64,000 bases of DNA, taken from NCBI GenBank assembly GCA_965112735.1, contig OZ218952.1, positions 3,534,001 through 3,598,000 of the forward strand, written 5' to 3'. Source of the DNA: Phaeosaccion multiseriatum (taxonomy: Eukaryota > Protista > Ochrophyta, other classes). How positions within the stretch are numbered: the first letter of the stretch is position 1; the number at the start of each line of letters is the position of its first letter. Shown here piece by piece: positions 25,324-38,270 of this stretch. A program made the position numbers and the translations under genes. Under the pieces are notes generated by a model that did no database searches, was not told where the DNA came from, and saw only the letters and a list, made by a program, of their open reading frames with translations.

Positions 25324-27342
25324 ATGATGAGAGCGATGTCGTTGAGAGGGGTGGTCAGAACCTGCCTCTCCTCCTGCATTGGAAGAGGTAGAAAAGGACC
25401 CGCAGCAGCAGGAGCCGCCTTCCCTACTCTCCATGAGCAGCAGCAGTACCAGCAGCACCAGCAATGGTCCTGCTACTCTACTGGAGGGGGCGACAGATCG
25501 AGACAGATACGGCTTATGAGGGAGATCCAAGATCTGGGGAGGAGCAAGGATTGGAAGAGGGTTTCACCCACTCTGGAGCGCGCACGGCGGGAGGGCCTCA
25601 AGCCCAACCAGTACTGTTTGAATGCTGCGATTACCGCGATTGGGAAGTGCGGGCGATGGAAGGGCGCTTTGAGACTTCTGGACGAGATGAAGGAGGAAGG
25701 ACCCAGGCCAGATGTGATCACATACAGTGCCACTATTAGTGCATGCGCCAGGGCCAGCCAACACGTGGAGGCAATGGTTTTGCTGAGGGAGATGAAGGCG
25801 GAAGGACTCGCTCCCAATGAATTCAGCTACAGCGCCACCATTAACGCATGCGCCAGGGCCAGCCAACACGTGGAGGCAATGGATTTACTGAGGGAGATGA
25901 AGGCGGAAGGACTCGCTCCAGACGCAATCAGCTACAGCGCCACCATTAACGCATGCGCCAGGGCCAGCCAACACGTGGAGGCAATGGATTTACTGAGGGA
26001 GATGAAGGCAGAAGGACTCACTCCCAGTGTAATCAGCTACAGCTCCACCATTAACGCATGCGCCAGGGCCAGCCAACACGTGGAGGCAATGGGTTTACTG
26101 AGGGAGATGAAGGCAGAAGGACTCACTCCCAATGAAATCAGCTACAGCTCAACCATTAACGCATGCGCCAGGGCCAGCCAACACGTGGAGGCAATTGGTT
26201 TACTGAGGGAGATGAAGGCAGAAGGACTCACTCCCGACGTAATCAGCTACAACTCCACCATTGACGCATGCGCCAAGGCCAACAACCGACACGTGGAGGC
26301 AATGGTATTACTGAGGGAGATGAAGGCAGAAGGACTCGCTCCGGATGCAATCAGCTACAGCTCCACCATTAACGCATGCGCCAGGGCCAGCCAACACGTG
26401 GAGGCAATGGTTTTGCTGAGGGAGATGAAGGCGGAAGGACTTGCTCCCAATGAAATCAGCTACAGCGCCACCATTAACGCATGCGCCAGGGCCAGCCAAC
26501 ACGTGGAGGCAATGGATTTACTGAGGGAGATGAAGGCAGAAGGACTCACTCCCAGTGTAATCAGCTACAGCTCCACCATTAACGCATGCGCCAGGGCCAG
26601 CCAACACGTGGAGGCAATGGATTTACTGAGGGAGATGAAGGCAGAAGGACTCACTCCCAATGTAATCAGCTACAGCTCAACCATTAGCGCATGCGCCAGG
26701 GCCAGCCAACACGTGGAGGCAATGGGTTTACTGAGGGAGATGAAGGCAGAAGGACTTACTCCCAATGCAATCAGCTACAGCTCCACCATTGACGCATGCG
26801 CCAAGGCCAGCCAACAGGTGGAGGCAATGGGTTTACTGAGGGAGATGAAGGCGGAAGGACTCGCTCCCGACGTAATCAGCTACAGCTCAACCATTGATGC
26901 ATACGCCAAGGCCAACAACCATGTGGAGGTGCTGAAGCTTTTCAGTGAGATGAAGGCAGAAGGACTCGCTCCCAACGTAATCAGCTACACCGCTACGATT
27001 GATGCTCTGCAGGAGGGAGGCGACGAGGAGGCTGCTGACGAGCTGTACGCAGAGGCCGTGTCGCAAGGGGTCTTGAATCACTGGAAGAAAGGGGGCCAAG
27101 AGATGGACTTACACCACTTCACCAGGGGAACGAGCAAGGCAGCGCTTCGTCACGTGCTCTCAGAGTCGAAGCCGGGGGCTGAGATCAAGGTCATCACAGG
27201 CCGAGGCCGAGGTAGTGAGGACGGCGTCAGCGTTCTCAAGCCCGAGGTGCTGGCCTATTTGCAGGAGAGGCAGGGCGTGGAAGTATGGGAACACAAAAGT
27301 AACCCGGGGAGGGTGGTGATGCGAGTCAGTGGTGGAAAGTAA
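25324..27342 (+). CDS. Intronless PPR-SMR protein (copy 1), probably mitochondrial
   Basis: Arg-rich presequence; 14 P-type PPR motifs (~25609-27080), of which 12 are near-identical 105/108-bp units (25714-26976). The C-terminal SMR domain reads MDLHHF...KVITGRGRGS...NPGRVV (27103-27342). Confidence 0.92.
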   Translation: MMRAMSLRGVVRTCLSSCIGRGRKGPAAAGAAFPTLHEQQQYQQHQQWSCYSTGGGDRSRQIRLMREIQDLGRSKDWKRVSPTLERARREGLKPNQYCLNAAITAIGKCGRWKGALRLLDEMKEEGPRPDVITYSATISACARASQHVEAMVLLREMKAEGLAPNEFSYSATINACARASQHVEAMDLLREMKAEGLAPDAISYSATINACARASQHVEAMDLLREMKAEGLTPSVISYSSTINACARASQHVEAMGLLREMKAEGLTPNEISYSSTINACARASQHVEAIGLLREMKAEGLTPDVISYNSTIDACAKANNRHVEAMVLLREMKAEGLAPDAISYSSTINACARASQHVEAMVLLREMKAEGLAPNEISYSATINACARASQHVEAMDLLREMKAEGLTPSVISYSSTINACARASQHVEAMDLLREMKAEGLTPNVISYSSTISACARASQHVEAMGLLREMKAEGLTPNAISYSSTIDACAKASQQVEAMGLLREMKAEGLAPDVISYSSTIDAYAKANNHVEVLKLFSEMKAEGLAPNVISYTATIDALQEGGDEEAADELYAEAVSQGVLNHWKKGGQEMDLHHFTRGTSKAALRHVLSESKPGAEIKVITGRGRGSEDGVSVLKPEVLAYLQERQGVEVWEHKSNPGRVVMRVSGGK

Positions 27343-27866
27343 GGTACAGGTTCATTGGCTCAGAAGCTTTCGGCTCTTCCCTTAATAAACTGTATGTCTT
27401 ACCGTAAGCCCGTTGCCACACTGGGGTGGCTCCCTCCCCCCCCCCCCCCTTTCCTTGTAGGCATAGTCTTGGTTGCACCCATGAAGTCAATGAATAATAA
27501 AAACAAAAATCTCCGCTCATCATTAGGCGTCGTATCTCCACCTACCCTGCTGCTTATTTTGCTTATTTGCTCATTGCTCATGTCTTTGTTTGGTGGCTCG
27601 GCACTCGCAGACAGGATCACAAAAAAGAAAGAGAAATTGGAAATGAAACGTTTTTTGCCCCCCGGGGGTCCCACCAACTCAGCACGTGGGAGGGAACACA
27701 AAACAACAAAACAAAACAACCACATTCCGTAGTGTGAATAGTGCTCACTCCGTCTGTGGCGGGGCGAAGCAGCCCCTCTGCTCCTCCAGATTCTCTCCCT
27801 TTTGTTTTATTCTCGAGGCCTTGTTCGCCAAGAAGGCCGCCGAAGACTTCCTCCTCGGTTTGTGCC

Positions 27867-28748
27867 ATGCTCGACTACTATAAGCTGCTGAGCTTGCCGA
27901 GAGCGGCCTCGCAGAAGCAGATCAAGGAGGCATATCGCATCTATGCGCAGCACTTGCACCCCGACAAGCATCACGATGCAGCACAGCCCTCGCCACCACC
28001 ACCAGCATCTGGAGCAGCAGGAGCACCAGGAGCAACAGGAGCACCAGGAGCAGCAGGAGCAGCAGCTCAGCCAGCCCCGTCCTTTGGGTATGAGGGGGAA
28101 GTCGGGAGGAGGGTGGCGAAGGAGGCAGCTCGAATAGCAGCAGAGCTCAGTACCGTCAAGGCAAAGTCGCACAAGTTTCGGGACATAACTGCGGCCTACC
28201 GAGTGCTGTCCAACAACAAGGAGCGGTCCAAATACGATAAAGGCTGGGAGAGAAGGGTGGGCTTGGGCGACATCACCTCCTACCGCTCTCCGCAGTTCAC
28301 GGGAGAGGCGGCGTCGGAGGCGGCGGATGCCCACATTCAACAAAAGACTTGGACCAGTGCGGCGGGCACCGTCGGTGGGGGGGCGGGGGTCGGCATGGGT
28401 GCCGTTGCAGAAGGAAGTGGTAGTAGTGGTGGTAGCGGCAGCAGCAGCGGAAGCGGGACCCAGAGCGACGCACTTGCCACCTATGCCCGCCGGAAAGCCA
28501 TGAAAGCAGAGGCCAAGGCGGGCGGGCACAGCGGCACCCACCGAGCGAAGGACAGCATCATTGAGCGGTCCCGCCGCCGGAGGATGGACAGGGAGCAGCA
28601 GCAGAAGGAGGCGGGGGCGGCGGCGGACTTATCGGGGCTGGGGGTGGGGGCGAGAATGGCATTAGCACAGGGCGCGGGAGCGGCGGGTGGCGGCAGCAGC
28701 AGCGACAGAGGGACGCCAGCCTCTTCCTCTTCGTGCGTGGTGAGCTGA
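27867..28748 (+). CDS. J-domain (DnaJ type III) protein with a C-terminal CaaX-like motif
   Basis: DYYKLLSL...IKEAYRIYAQHLHPDK...KFRDITAAYRVLSNNKERSKYD; ends in CVVS*. Single exon. Confidence 0.85.
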   Translation: MLDYYKLLSLPRAASQKQIKEAYRIYAQHLHPDKHHDAAQPSPPPPASGAAGAPGATGAPGAAGAAAQPAPSFGYEGEVGRRVAKEAARIAAELSTVKAKSHKFRDITAAYRVLSNNKERSKYDKGWERRVGLGDITSYRSPQFTGEAASEAADAHIQQKTWTSAAGTVGGGAGVGMGAVAEGSGSSGGSGSSSGSGTQSDALATYARRKAMKAEAKAGGHSGTHRAKDSIIERSRRRRMDREQQQKEAGAAADLSGLGVGARMALAQGAGAAGGGSSSDRGTPASSSSCVVS

Positions 28749-29622
28749 CGTGGGCAGACCAGACTGGGAATGACTGACCAAGAGATAAGATGGCTGCAAG
28801 ATGTTGGCTTAGGGGTGGGAAGCAACACGGCAGATAGGCTGTGTGTCCATTCAGCCAATGATGGGGCAAGGAGCAGGGGGTGGGAAGTGTGTAAGTGTGT
28901 ACCTGGCGCCTGTCGTGTCTAAGGAGACACTTGAGCTTCTCCTACTTCTCCTACAGCGCCATCCAACACGCGGCCATACTGCCGTACAGCCCTGCACTAC
29001 TCCTCTGTCCTCCTTTGGGGAGGGGAGGAAAGCTGGCCCGGATCTTCCCCTCTCCTTGCTGTTGCTGCACAAGTTGTCGCTTGTGAGCGATTGAGTGAGT
29101 GAGGGAATGAGTGGCACACACAGAGAGAGAGAGAGAGCTGAAGAACTTGGACACACACTGCAACACAACGCAACACAATACAGCACAGCACAACACAGCT
29201 GTGTGATGGTCATGATGATGATGATGTTGACGATGGTGGTGGTGGTGGTGGTGATGGTGGTGGATGAGGGCTGGCGACGACGAGTGTGGAACACCCAACA
29301 CCAACACCCAGCATTAGCAGAGGCGTCTCTGGGGCCGCTCTACATGTACCCTATGCTCTTCCCCTCTGTCCGCCGACCGCACAGCCTCCCTGTGTATGGC
29401 AGTGTATGACTTCCCCCTTACTATAGAGGGGACTCTTTTCTCTGTCGGCCGAGGCTCACAGTATGGGGCGGAAGGAGTCGAAGGAGCCGAAGGAGTCGAA
29501 GGAGTGCCCGGGTCGGGGCTACTCATGGAGGAGGTGGAGCAGAGGAGCAAGACGGAGGAGGTGGAGCAAGCCAGGGCTTCGCGTATCCGACAAGGAGGAG
29601 GACACGGAGCACGCCAAGGGCA

Positions 29623-29812
29623 ACAGGCTCAGGGCCAGGCTCAGGGCCAGGCTCAAGGCTAGAATCAGGGCCAGGGCCAGGCTCAGGCTCCGGCTCAGGC
29701 TCAGGCTCAGGGCCAGGCTCAAGGCCAGGCTCAAGGCTAGAATCAGGGCCAGGGCCAGGGTCAGGGTCAAGGTTAGAATCGGGGCCAGGGTTGGGGTCAG
29801 GGTTAGGTCTAT
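29623..29812. repeat. Degenerate hexamer tandem repeat (CAGGGC/CAGGCT/CAAGGC)
   Basis: About 30 hexamer units, intergenic. Confidence 0.7.
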
Positions 29813-30343
29813 GAGGCTCACGGGGTCACACAGAGTAATATGGACAGGGCGTTACAGATGGCATCACAGATTGGAGGACGCAGGCAGAGTTCAGTGTCCT
29901 CGGCATTGGACGGGTTGGCGGGAGGGGGGGGGCTTGCTGGACCTCTCTCCCTCTATCTCTCTCTCTTTCTCTCTTTCTCTCTTTCTCTCTCTCTCTGTCT
30001 CTCTTTCTCTGTTTCTCTCTCTCTGTTTCTCTCTCTCTGTCTCTCTGTCTCTCTCTCTGTCTCTCTTTTTGTATCTCCCGAGCTTCCCCTTCTCATCTCT
30101 TACCGCCTTCACTTCACTGCTACGTGGACTCGGACTCGGACGGGGTCGTAGCTAAGGAGGGCGGGAGGGAGGGAGGGAGGACTCTTTACAAAGAGCGCTC
30201 CTGCTGAGGTGCTGAGGGCTGAGGCGGGCACCAGAGGACCCAGAGGGGGGGAGGAGCGCACACACACGACTTCGAGACCGAGCTACGGCCACGGCCTTGC
30301 TGTTTTCTACCCCATCCGCTCAGGCGGGCAGGAGGGCCTCTAG

Positions 30344-30488
30344 AGGCTGAAGGAGTACACAACAGCTGTCCTCAGGCTGAAGGAGTACACAACAGCTGTC
30401 ATCAGGCTGAAGGAGTACACGACAGCTCTCACCAGGCTGAAGGAGTACACAACAGCTCTCACCAGGCTAGACAAGTACAAAACAGCTC
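30344..30488. repeat. 30-bp minisatellite, about 5 copies
   Basis: Unit AGGCTGAAGGAGTACACAACAGCTGTCNTC repeated head-to-tail with no unique spacers. Confidence 0.85.
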
Positions 30489-30732
30489 TTGCATTAATCA
30501 ATTTCCAACAGCCTTTTGCTTGCTTGGACAGAGCGCGAGCGTTACTCTTAGGAGAAGGTTGAACTCAAGGTCTGTATCACCAACTGCTGCTGCTGCTGCC
30601 GCTGCCGCGTGCCTGCTGCTCGACGCGAGGGGGTGCGAGGGGAAAGAAAATGGCCGTATCACCAACTGCTGCTGGCATCCCCTGCCATCCGCTGCCATCC
30701 CCCTGCCCTAACATGTGTCTCACCACACGCGC

Positions 30733-32429
30733 CTAGCGCTTCTTTTTTCCGGGGGGGGGGAGCCCCCCCTTCTTCACGCCTCCCCCGGGGCCCGGACGGG
30801 GTAGAGCCCCTCCACCGCCACCGCCGCCACCCTTGCTCGACTGTGAGGGGAGACGGATGGCAATGGATGGGAGGAGGAGGAGGAGGAGGAGGAGGAGGAG
30901 GATGAGGAGGAGGATGGTAGTGGATGCAGGATGAGAAGAGGGAGGTGGCACGTCTGCATGAGGAGCGGAAACAGTGGCAGTGGAGCAGCGGAGCGTACGG
31001 AACCGACGCGGAAGCGCAGTCACTTGTCCTCCCTCTTTCTCTCTCTTCTCTCCCTATCACTCCCTCCCCTCCCGTACCTTCTTGAGTTTGGCAAGCTCTC
31101 TCTTGAGCTCTCTCAGTGCCGCCGCTCCGTCTGCCTCACCCCCCTGGCACTTGTCGCAAAAGTCCAGCGCCACCGCTGACCCATCTGCATCCGCATCTGT
31201 GGGGCTCAGGCAGATGAGAGCCACAAGCTTGGTAGACTCTCTGCGGAGGCAGGGGGCGGCCACACCAAGGACGATATGATCGGAGGGGGACAGGGGGGTG
31301 GAATAACCAGAGCCGCGAGAGTGGATCTTTGCGGTGTTGGCCAGGCCTTCCATCCAGAGGGAAGAGGGGGAGGAGGAGGAGGGAGAGGGGGAGGAGGAGG
31401 AGGAGGAGGAGGAGGAGGAGGAGGAGGAGGAGGAGGGGGGGGCTTGGACCGCGGAGGGTATGAGGATCACGAACTCGCTGTTTGGGTGGATGGAGGAAGT
31501 GGGGGGAGGAGGGGCAAAGAGGACAGGAGAGAGAGCGCGAGGAGGGTCAGAAGGGGGACGACAGGGAAGAGGGGTTAGGAGTATGAATCATACAGCACGA
31601 GGGAGAGCCTCACTCATCCACTGCCATCCACTGCCATCCACCCACCCAACCACCCATCCACCCACCTGCTTAACCTTTCCTGCGTGGCCCGATTGACACA
31701 TGTGAGCAACACCCGCCCCGCCATGTGCGAACCTCCTCCTCCTCCTCCTCCTCGTCCTGCTGCTGTTGCTGCTGCCACGCCCCTCTTACCCCGACCAAAG
31801 CCGAGCGCGAGAGCCCCCAATACTTGCTGTGCAGTGGACACGTGCCGCCCCTTGGGCCACAGCGAATCCGCACTCATATCGGCCTCAGGGTCTGAAGCTG
31901 TATCACCAACTGCTCTAGCTTCCTTATCCGCCTCGCCTTCCCTCTCCCCCTCCTTCTTCTTCTCCTCCTCCTCCTCCTCCTCCTCCTCCTCCTCCTCCTC
32001 ATCTAACAGGGAAAACAGGCTTCCCTCCTCGCCACCTGGCCTCGACTTTGCTTCTCCCACAGAGCCCTTCTCGGCCATCCCAACCACCGAAACCGTCAAA
32101 ATGGCCTCAAGTTGGGCTTCTCTCTCCCCCAACACCCGAAACATGTCCGTTACAAGCCTCGGGACCAAGCCGGCGCTGGCAATGAACGAAGGACCACTTG
32201 AAGCCAAGGAGGAGGAGGAGCCCCCGCCCCCCTTACCCTTCTTCTTGCCCCCTCCTCCTCCTGCGGGAGAGCTAACTGTATCGCCCCCTGCGGCCCCCTG
32301 TTCAGACCATGATACGAGCGTAAGGGAGGGGGAAAGGCGTGAGAGGGGCGGCAGTGAAGGATGAAGAAGAGGGGTGGGGGTCTGCCTCGTTCGTGTTGCT
32401 TCATCTTGTCCGAGTATCACTCAGAGAGC

Positions 32430-32480
<51 letters not shown>

Positions 32481-35400
32481 GAGAGGGAGAGAGAGAGAGA
32501 GAGAGGGAGAGAGAGGGAGAGAGAGAGAGGAGAAGGAGAACCCATGTACCTGCCTGCCTGCCTGCCCATATGCCTACCCATATGCCTGCCCCTATGTCTG
32601 CCCATATGCCTGCCCATATGCCTGCCCATATGCCTGCCCATATGCCTGCCCATATGCCTGCCCATATGCCTGTCCATATGCCTGCCCATATGTCTGCAGC
32701 CCCCCTCTCCTTACTGACCTTCTTGAGGAATCCCCCGTTGGTTTCCGCTTCCGCGAGGTCCCCCATCACGGAGAAGAGCTTGCCCGCCCCCTTGCTGCCC
32801 ACTGCCACAAGGCACACGTTATGCCCATCCACGAGGGACGTGCCCAGGCCCTTCACGGCTTTGAAGAGCTCTGTTTGGCGCGCTGGAGGGGAGATGGAGG
32901 AGAGGGGAGGGGAGGGGAGGAGACGATTAATAATGATGAATTGATGGGCGGCACGTCAGCCCAGCCACTCAACCAACCAACCAATCGCCCAACCAAAACC
33001 CACCCTTCCCCTCCCCCAAAACCCCAACCCCCCAAAACCCCCAACCCCGAAATCTCTCCCCAATCAACCCACCCACCCACCCACCCACCCACCCACCCAC
33101 CCACCCACCCACCCACCCACCCACCCACCCACCCACACACTCACTCACCCACTCACCCACCCACCCACTCACCCACCCACTCACTCACTCACTCACTCAC
33201 CCACCCACCCACCCACCCACCCCCTCACCTTGTGTGGAGTCCGAAGCGTCACTTGTAAGCACCAACTCCACATCGTGTACGGCGCTCCTCCCCGTGAGGG
33301 GGTCCGTCAGGGCCACGCTCTTGTTGCCGTCCTTGAAGCACAGCTCTGCGAAGCCTGCGTTGGCCTCGGCGTCGTTCATGGGGCGGAGTAGCGCAAGCAC
33401 ACGCGTGGGGCCCTTCATGTCTTCGATCTGCGTGTGTGCGTGTGTGCGTGTGTGCGTGTGTGCGTGTGTGCGTGCGTGTGTGCGTGTGTGCGTGTGTACG
33501 TGTGTGCGTGTGTGCGTGTGTGCGTGTGTGTGGGTGGGTAGGTTGGTAGGTGTGGTTCGTGTGTGTGAGAGAGAGAGAGACAGACAGAGAGAGAGAGAGA
33601 GAGTTGTGTGTGTGCGCGCGTGCGTTTGTGTGCGTGTGAGTGTGTCTGTGTGTTCCTGCTCAACTGACTTCCTGCTCCCCTGATTTACTGCCCCCCCCCC
33701 CCCCCCGCTGACACACGAACAACAACACACGAACATACCTGGTTGTGCAGCTGCTTGGCACGCTCCATCTCCCTCCTCAGTGTGGCGTGCAGCTGGCGGT
33801 TGGTGGACTTGACCTGTTGGTCATTCGGTTATTCGATGTTCATACATTGTCAATCAACAACAGCGAGTCCGATCGCTCGTTCTAAGAACCCACAACTGAC
33901 CAATCATCCACACAACACCAATTACATAGTGTTATGTAACCTTTCGCACCTTCTTGGCCTCCTCAATCCCCTGCTCGGACGCCTTGAGCCACGCTCGGCT
34001 CTCCTCGGTTTCCGCCCCGGCCTGTGCACACGCCTCCGCCGCCTCCGCGAGGGTCTTCTTGGCAAAGGCGAGGCGCTCCTCGGCCTGCTGAGTGGCCTCC
34101 TGCAGAGCTTGCCTCGTCTCCTTCACCTGATTGATTGAGTTGATCGTGTCAATCGATTGAATTTGTTCATTGATGGTACGATACGGTAGGACGATTGGTT
34201 ATACGGGCGGGGAGGGGTTTAGGCGTGTCCTTTGAGTGTCTGTTCTCCCGTACACAACACAGACTAGGGTATATCTACATGCGTGGCCCGCCCCACTTCC
34301 CTCTGTCCGTCTTCATCCCTCCCTCCCTCCCTCCCTCCCTCCCTCCCTCCCTCCCTCCCTCCCTCCCTCCCTCCCTCCCTCCCTCCCTCCCTCCCTCCCT
34401 CCCTCCCTCCCTCCCTCCCTCCCTTCCTTTCTTCCTTCCTCCCTCCCTCCCTTCCTCCCTCCCTCCCTCCCTCCCTCCCTCCCTCCCTCCCTCCCTCCCT
34501 CCCTCCCTCCCTCCCTTCCTTTCTTCCTCCCTCCCTCTCTCCCTTCCTCCCCCCTTCCCTCCCTCCCTCCCTCCCTCCCTCCCTCCCTCCCTCCCTCCCT
34601 CCCTCCCTCCCTCCCTCCCTCCCTCCCTCCATCCCTCCCTCCCTCCCTTCCTCCCTCCCCTCCTCCCCTTCCTCCCTCCCCTCCCTCCCTCCCCTCCCTC
34701 CCTCCTCACCTGTGTCTCCAGCTTGGTCTTGAGCTCCTCATGCTCTCTTTCCCATTGCTCTGCAGCGGCCAAACGTGCGGCCGTACTCTCCGTCTTAATA
34801 TCCTCTGCAGTGACTTGCGCTTTGCGCTCCATCTCCTCCAGCACTTGTTGCCGCTCCATCTCCGTCGCCTCCTCGTTGGCCATCCTCTCCTCCTGAGGGA
34901 CGACGAAGGAAGGGAGGGAGAGGGAGACGAGGAGGGGGGTGAAAGTGGGTGATGATGGTGAAGATTGGATTTGAGTACTATTCGGTGTAGGCATATGAGC
35001 ATTGTCGGCTATCTTCTTCTATCTCTTCCTCTCTCTCTCTCTCGGTCCCTCTATCTCTCCCTCTCTCCTCATCTCTATACCTTCCTCTTCCTCAGTCACT
35101 CTCTCTTCCTCTCATCGCTCTTCCTCCCTCCCCCCTGTCCCTCCCTCCCCCACCTCCCTTCCCCCCTGCCCCCTCTCTTCCCCTCTCTTCCTCGCCCAGC
35201 TAATGCCAACCACCGTCACCAAGCTCCTACCCACTCACTGACCTGTGAACACTTCATGTTGTTAACGGCCTCTATGATGGAAGCGTACTTGGCCTGCTCC
35301 CCTGCAATGGCGGCGGTGAGTTGCTGGATGCTCTCCGTCAGCGTCTCTTTCATGTGCTTGGCTGAGGGGAGGAGAGGGCAGGCCACATGCACGCACGCAC

Positions 35401-38195
35401 ACACACACACACATACACATGGGCGACACGTTCCAGGTAAAGTTTGAGGTTTGTAGACAGACCTTCTCATATCGCGCCCCACACATGCACACCCATGCCC
35501 TCTCCACATTCAAACCCGCACCGACGCCCACACACCCACCCACAACCCCACAACCCCACATCCACCCATCCACCCACCCACCCACCCACCCGCTTGGTCA
35601 TCGTCCAGCTGCAGCCTCAGTGCCGCCTCCTCCTCCTGCTGTATCACCACTTGCTCCTCTGCGCCATCTGCCACTGCCGATTTGTCCCTCAGTCCCTCCT
35701 GGAGCTTGGTGAGCCCCTCTCTCCTCTCCTCGAGTGCTCTCTGATTCTCCTCCCGCATGGCCTCTTCCCTGGCGGCGTGCTCTGCCCCATATGCCTCCAC
35801 TTTGAGGCGCTGCTGATCGAGGTAGGCGCTATCGGAGCGGAACAGCATCGTCCCCCCCACGGATCCGAAGGCGCTGGGGCCCATGCCAGATCTGGGGTGT
35901 GTGGGTGCGTGCGTGCGTGTGTGTGTGTGCGCGTGTGTGCGCGTGTGTGTAAGATGGCAGCAAAGGCAGCAGATGCCAACCCCCCCCCCCCCCCTCTTAT
36001 CCATAGGCTGCCATCCCAAGCTGTTCGGCTGTACTTACTTTGTCTTGCCGAGGCTCTGCCCCTGCCCCATTGAGCTCTGAGCAGCAGCTGGATGCGGCTG
36101 CTGCACCTTGTCGCCCCCGCCCTTCGCTGCCGTATCACCACCTGTTGTATCACCAGCTGCTGCTTCTACTGCTGCTGATGCTGCTGCTGCTCCTCCTCCG
36201 CTGCTGCGTCTCCTCTCCGCGTCCCTCTCCCACCCTGCTGTTGGCATCACTGCCTCGTCCGTGAGGTTGTCTGTGTCCAACACCTTTGCCACATTTGTTT
36301 TTGGATCAATCGGTCAAGAAATGACGTCACTATCAGTCAAGAGGCGACGTTTCAGCTCTCACACTTCAAGTTCATCTTCAATTAAAGGGAATGCACTCGT
36401 CTAGAGTCTCTATCGGTGCTGATGGTTGTAATGACACGTGTTCTCTGTACTACCAACACACTTACTTGCACGTCATCGTCGTCGTCGCCAGGCCTGTCGG
36501 TCTCTCCATCCAAACGCGGTGCCTCCACCTGCTCTCGACGAGCAAACACAGCAACACCGTCCGGAAGTGGTACGCAAGTGTTTGAAAGTGAGATAGATGC
36601 ATGCGTACAACGGGAGAGAAGAAGGCTTTCTCTCCTGCTTGTGCGCCTTACCCAACGACCCTCACCCCTCCATCTTCACCCCTCACTCTTCACCCCTCAC
36701 CCCCCCCCTCCTCACCCCTCACCCCTCACCCCTCACCCCCTCCCTCCTCACCCCTCACCCCTCACCCCCTCACCCCCTCACCCCCTCACCCCCTCACCCC
36801 CTCACCCCCTCACCCCCTCACCCCCTCACCCCCTCACCCCCTCACCCCTCCCTCCTCACCCCTCACCCCCTCCCTCCTCACCCCTCACCCTTCACCCCTC
36901 ACCCCCTCCCTCCTCCCTCCTCACCCCTCCCTCCTCACCCGTCACCCCTCCGTCCTCACCCTTCCCTCCTCACCCCTCTCACTCCCATTAAGTCAATAAG
37001 ATAATACCCCTCTCACTCCTCACCTGCAGTAGCGGACGGGTACCGAAGGCCATCTGCAGGAAAGACGTGTCTGTGAGGCTGTACTCCGTGAGGAGGCCCT
37101 GGGAGAGAGAGCGGGACAGAGAGGGGGAGAGAGAGGGGGAGAGAGAGGGGGACAGAGAGGGGGAGAGAGAGAGGGAGAGAGAGGGGGAGAGAGAGGGGGA
37201 GAGAGAGAGGGAGAGAGAGGGGGAGAGACAGAGGGAGGGAGAGGGAGAGAGAGGGAGAGAGAGGAAAGGAAGGGAAGGCGCCATAGAAAGAGGGGAGAAC
37301 ACTCGCCATGAGTCAAATGAAGCAGTTGCATCACACGACCAACGACAGCGGCGCACATGGCAGGTGTGTTAGAAGCGACACCCCACCTCGCCTCTCTTCA
37401 TCATACCCCAACCCCCTCTTCCCTCCCCCATCACCTTGAGAGTTCCGAAAGCAAAGCCACTTCCTTCCCTCCTTCCTTCCCTCCTTCCCTCCCTCCCTCC
37501 CTCCCTCCCTCCCTCCCTCCCTTCCTCCCTCCCTCCCTCCTTCCCTGCTCCTCACCCCCCCCCCCTCCTTCCTCCCTCCCTCCCCTCCTCTCCCCTCCTC
37601 TCCCCTCCCCGGCTGCTTGCCCGTATGCCTATTCATATGCCTGCCTGTATGCCTTTCTCACCTCTACAAGCTGCTTGTAGTCCCTCCCTCTCTGCCGCTC
37701 GAGCATCATATCCACCTCCGTCAGTCGAACGGGGTCGCACTTACTAAAGATGGCAACCAATGACGTGCGCACTTGCTGCTGAATCAGCCACGCCTTGAGT
37801 TGCGGGTTTTCGGGCTGGATATCTTCCTCCTCCTCCTCCTCCTCCTCCTCCTCCTCCTCCCCGTTCTCCTCCTCTCCCTTGGCTCCCCCCTCCCTGCTCC
37901 GCCTCCTCTTCCTTCTCCGCTCGTCTCTCTCCTTCTCCTGCTTCTTGACTCTTTCAATGTACTCTTGCGCCTCCTTCACCATATCCACCTCCCACCAAGA
38001 CTCTCCCGTGTCATAGTTCATGTGGTAAGGCAGCCCGCTCTCAGGGTCAATCTCTCGTACCCAGAGCCCTTCCCCGGCCTCCCCTGCCGCCGCCGCCGCC
38101 GCCGCTGCCACAGCCGCCGCATCTGCTTCCATATCGATCATCCCGATGACTCCTGCGTGCGCCTCGAGATTGTGAGCAACGTCTGTGTGCCCTGC

Positions 38196-38270
<75 letters not shown>

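Noticed and set aside
28850-29900. Possible extra gene between the J-protein and the kinesin-like gene
   Set aside because: All frames are interrupted by stops, and there is no consistent exon chain or motif.
30344-30488. CRISPR-like 30-bp periodic repeat
   Set aside because: Units are head-to-tail with no unique spacers, there are no cas genes, and the context is eukaryotic.
34195-34994. Long PPSL/GGRE ORFs (likewise HT/CV and GGWV ORFs elsewhere)
   Set aside because: Translations of intronic (CCCT)n, (CA)n and (CCAA/CCAC)n microsatellites.
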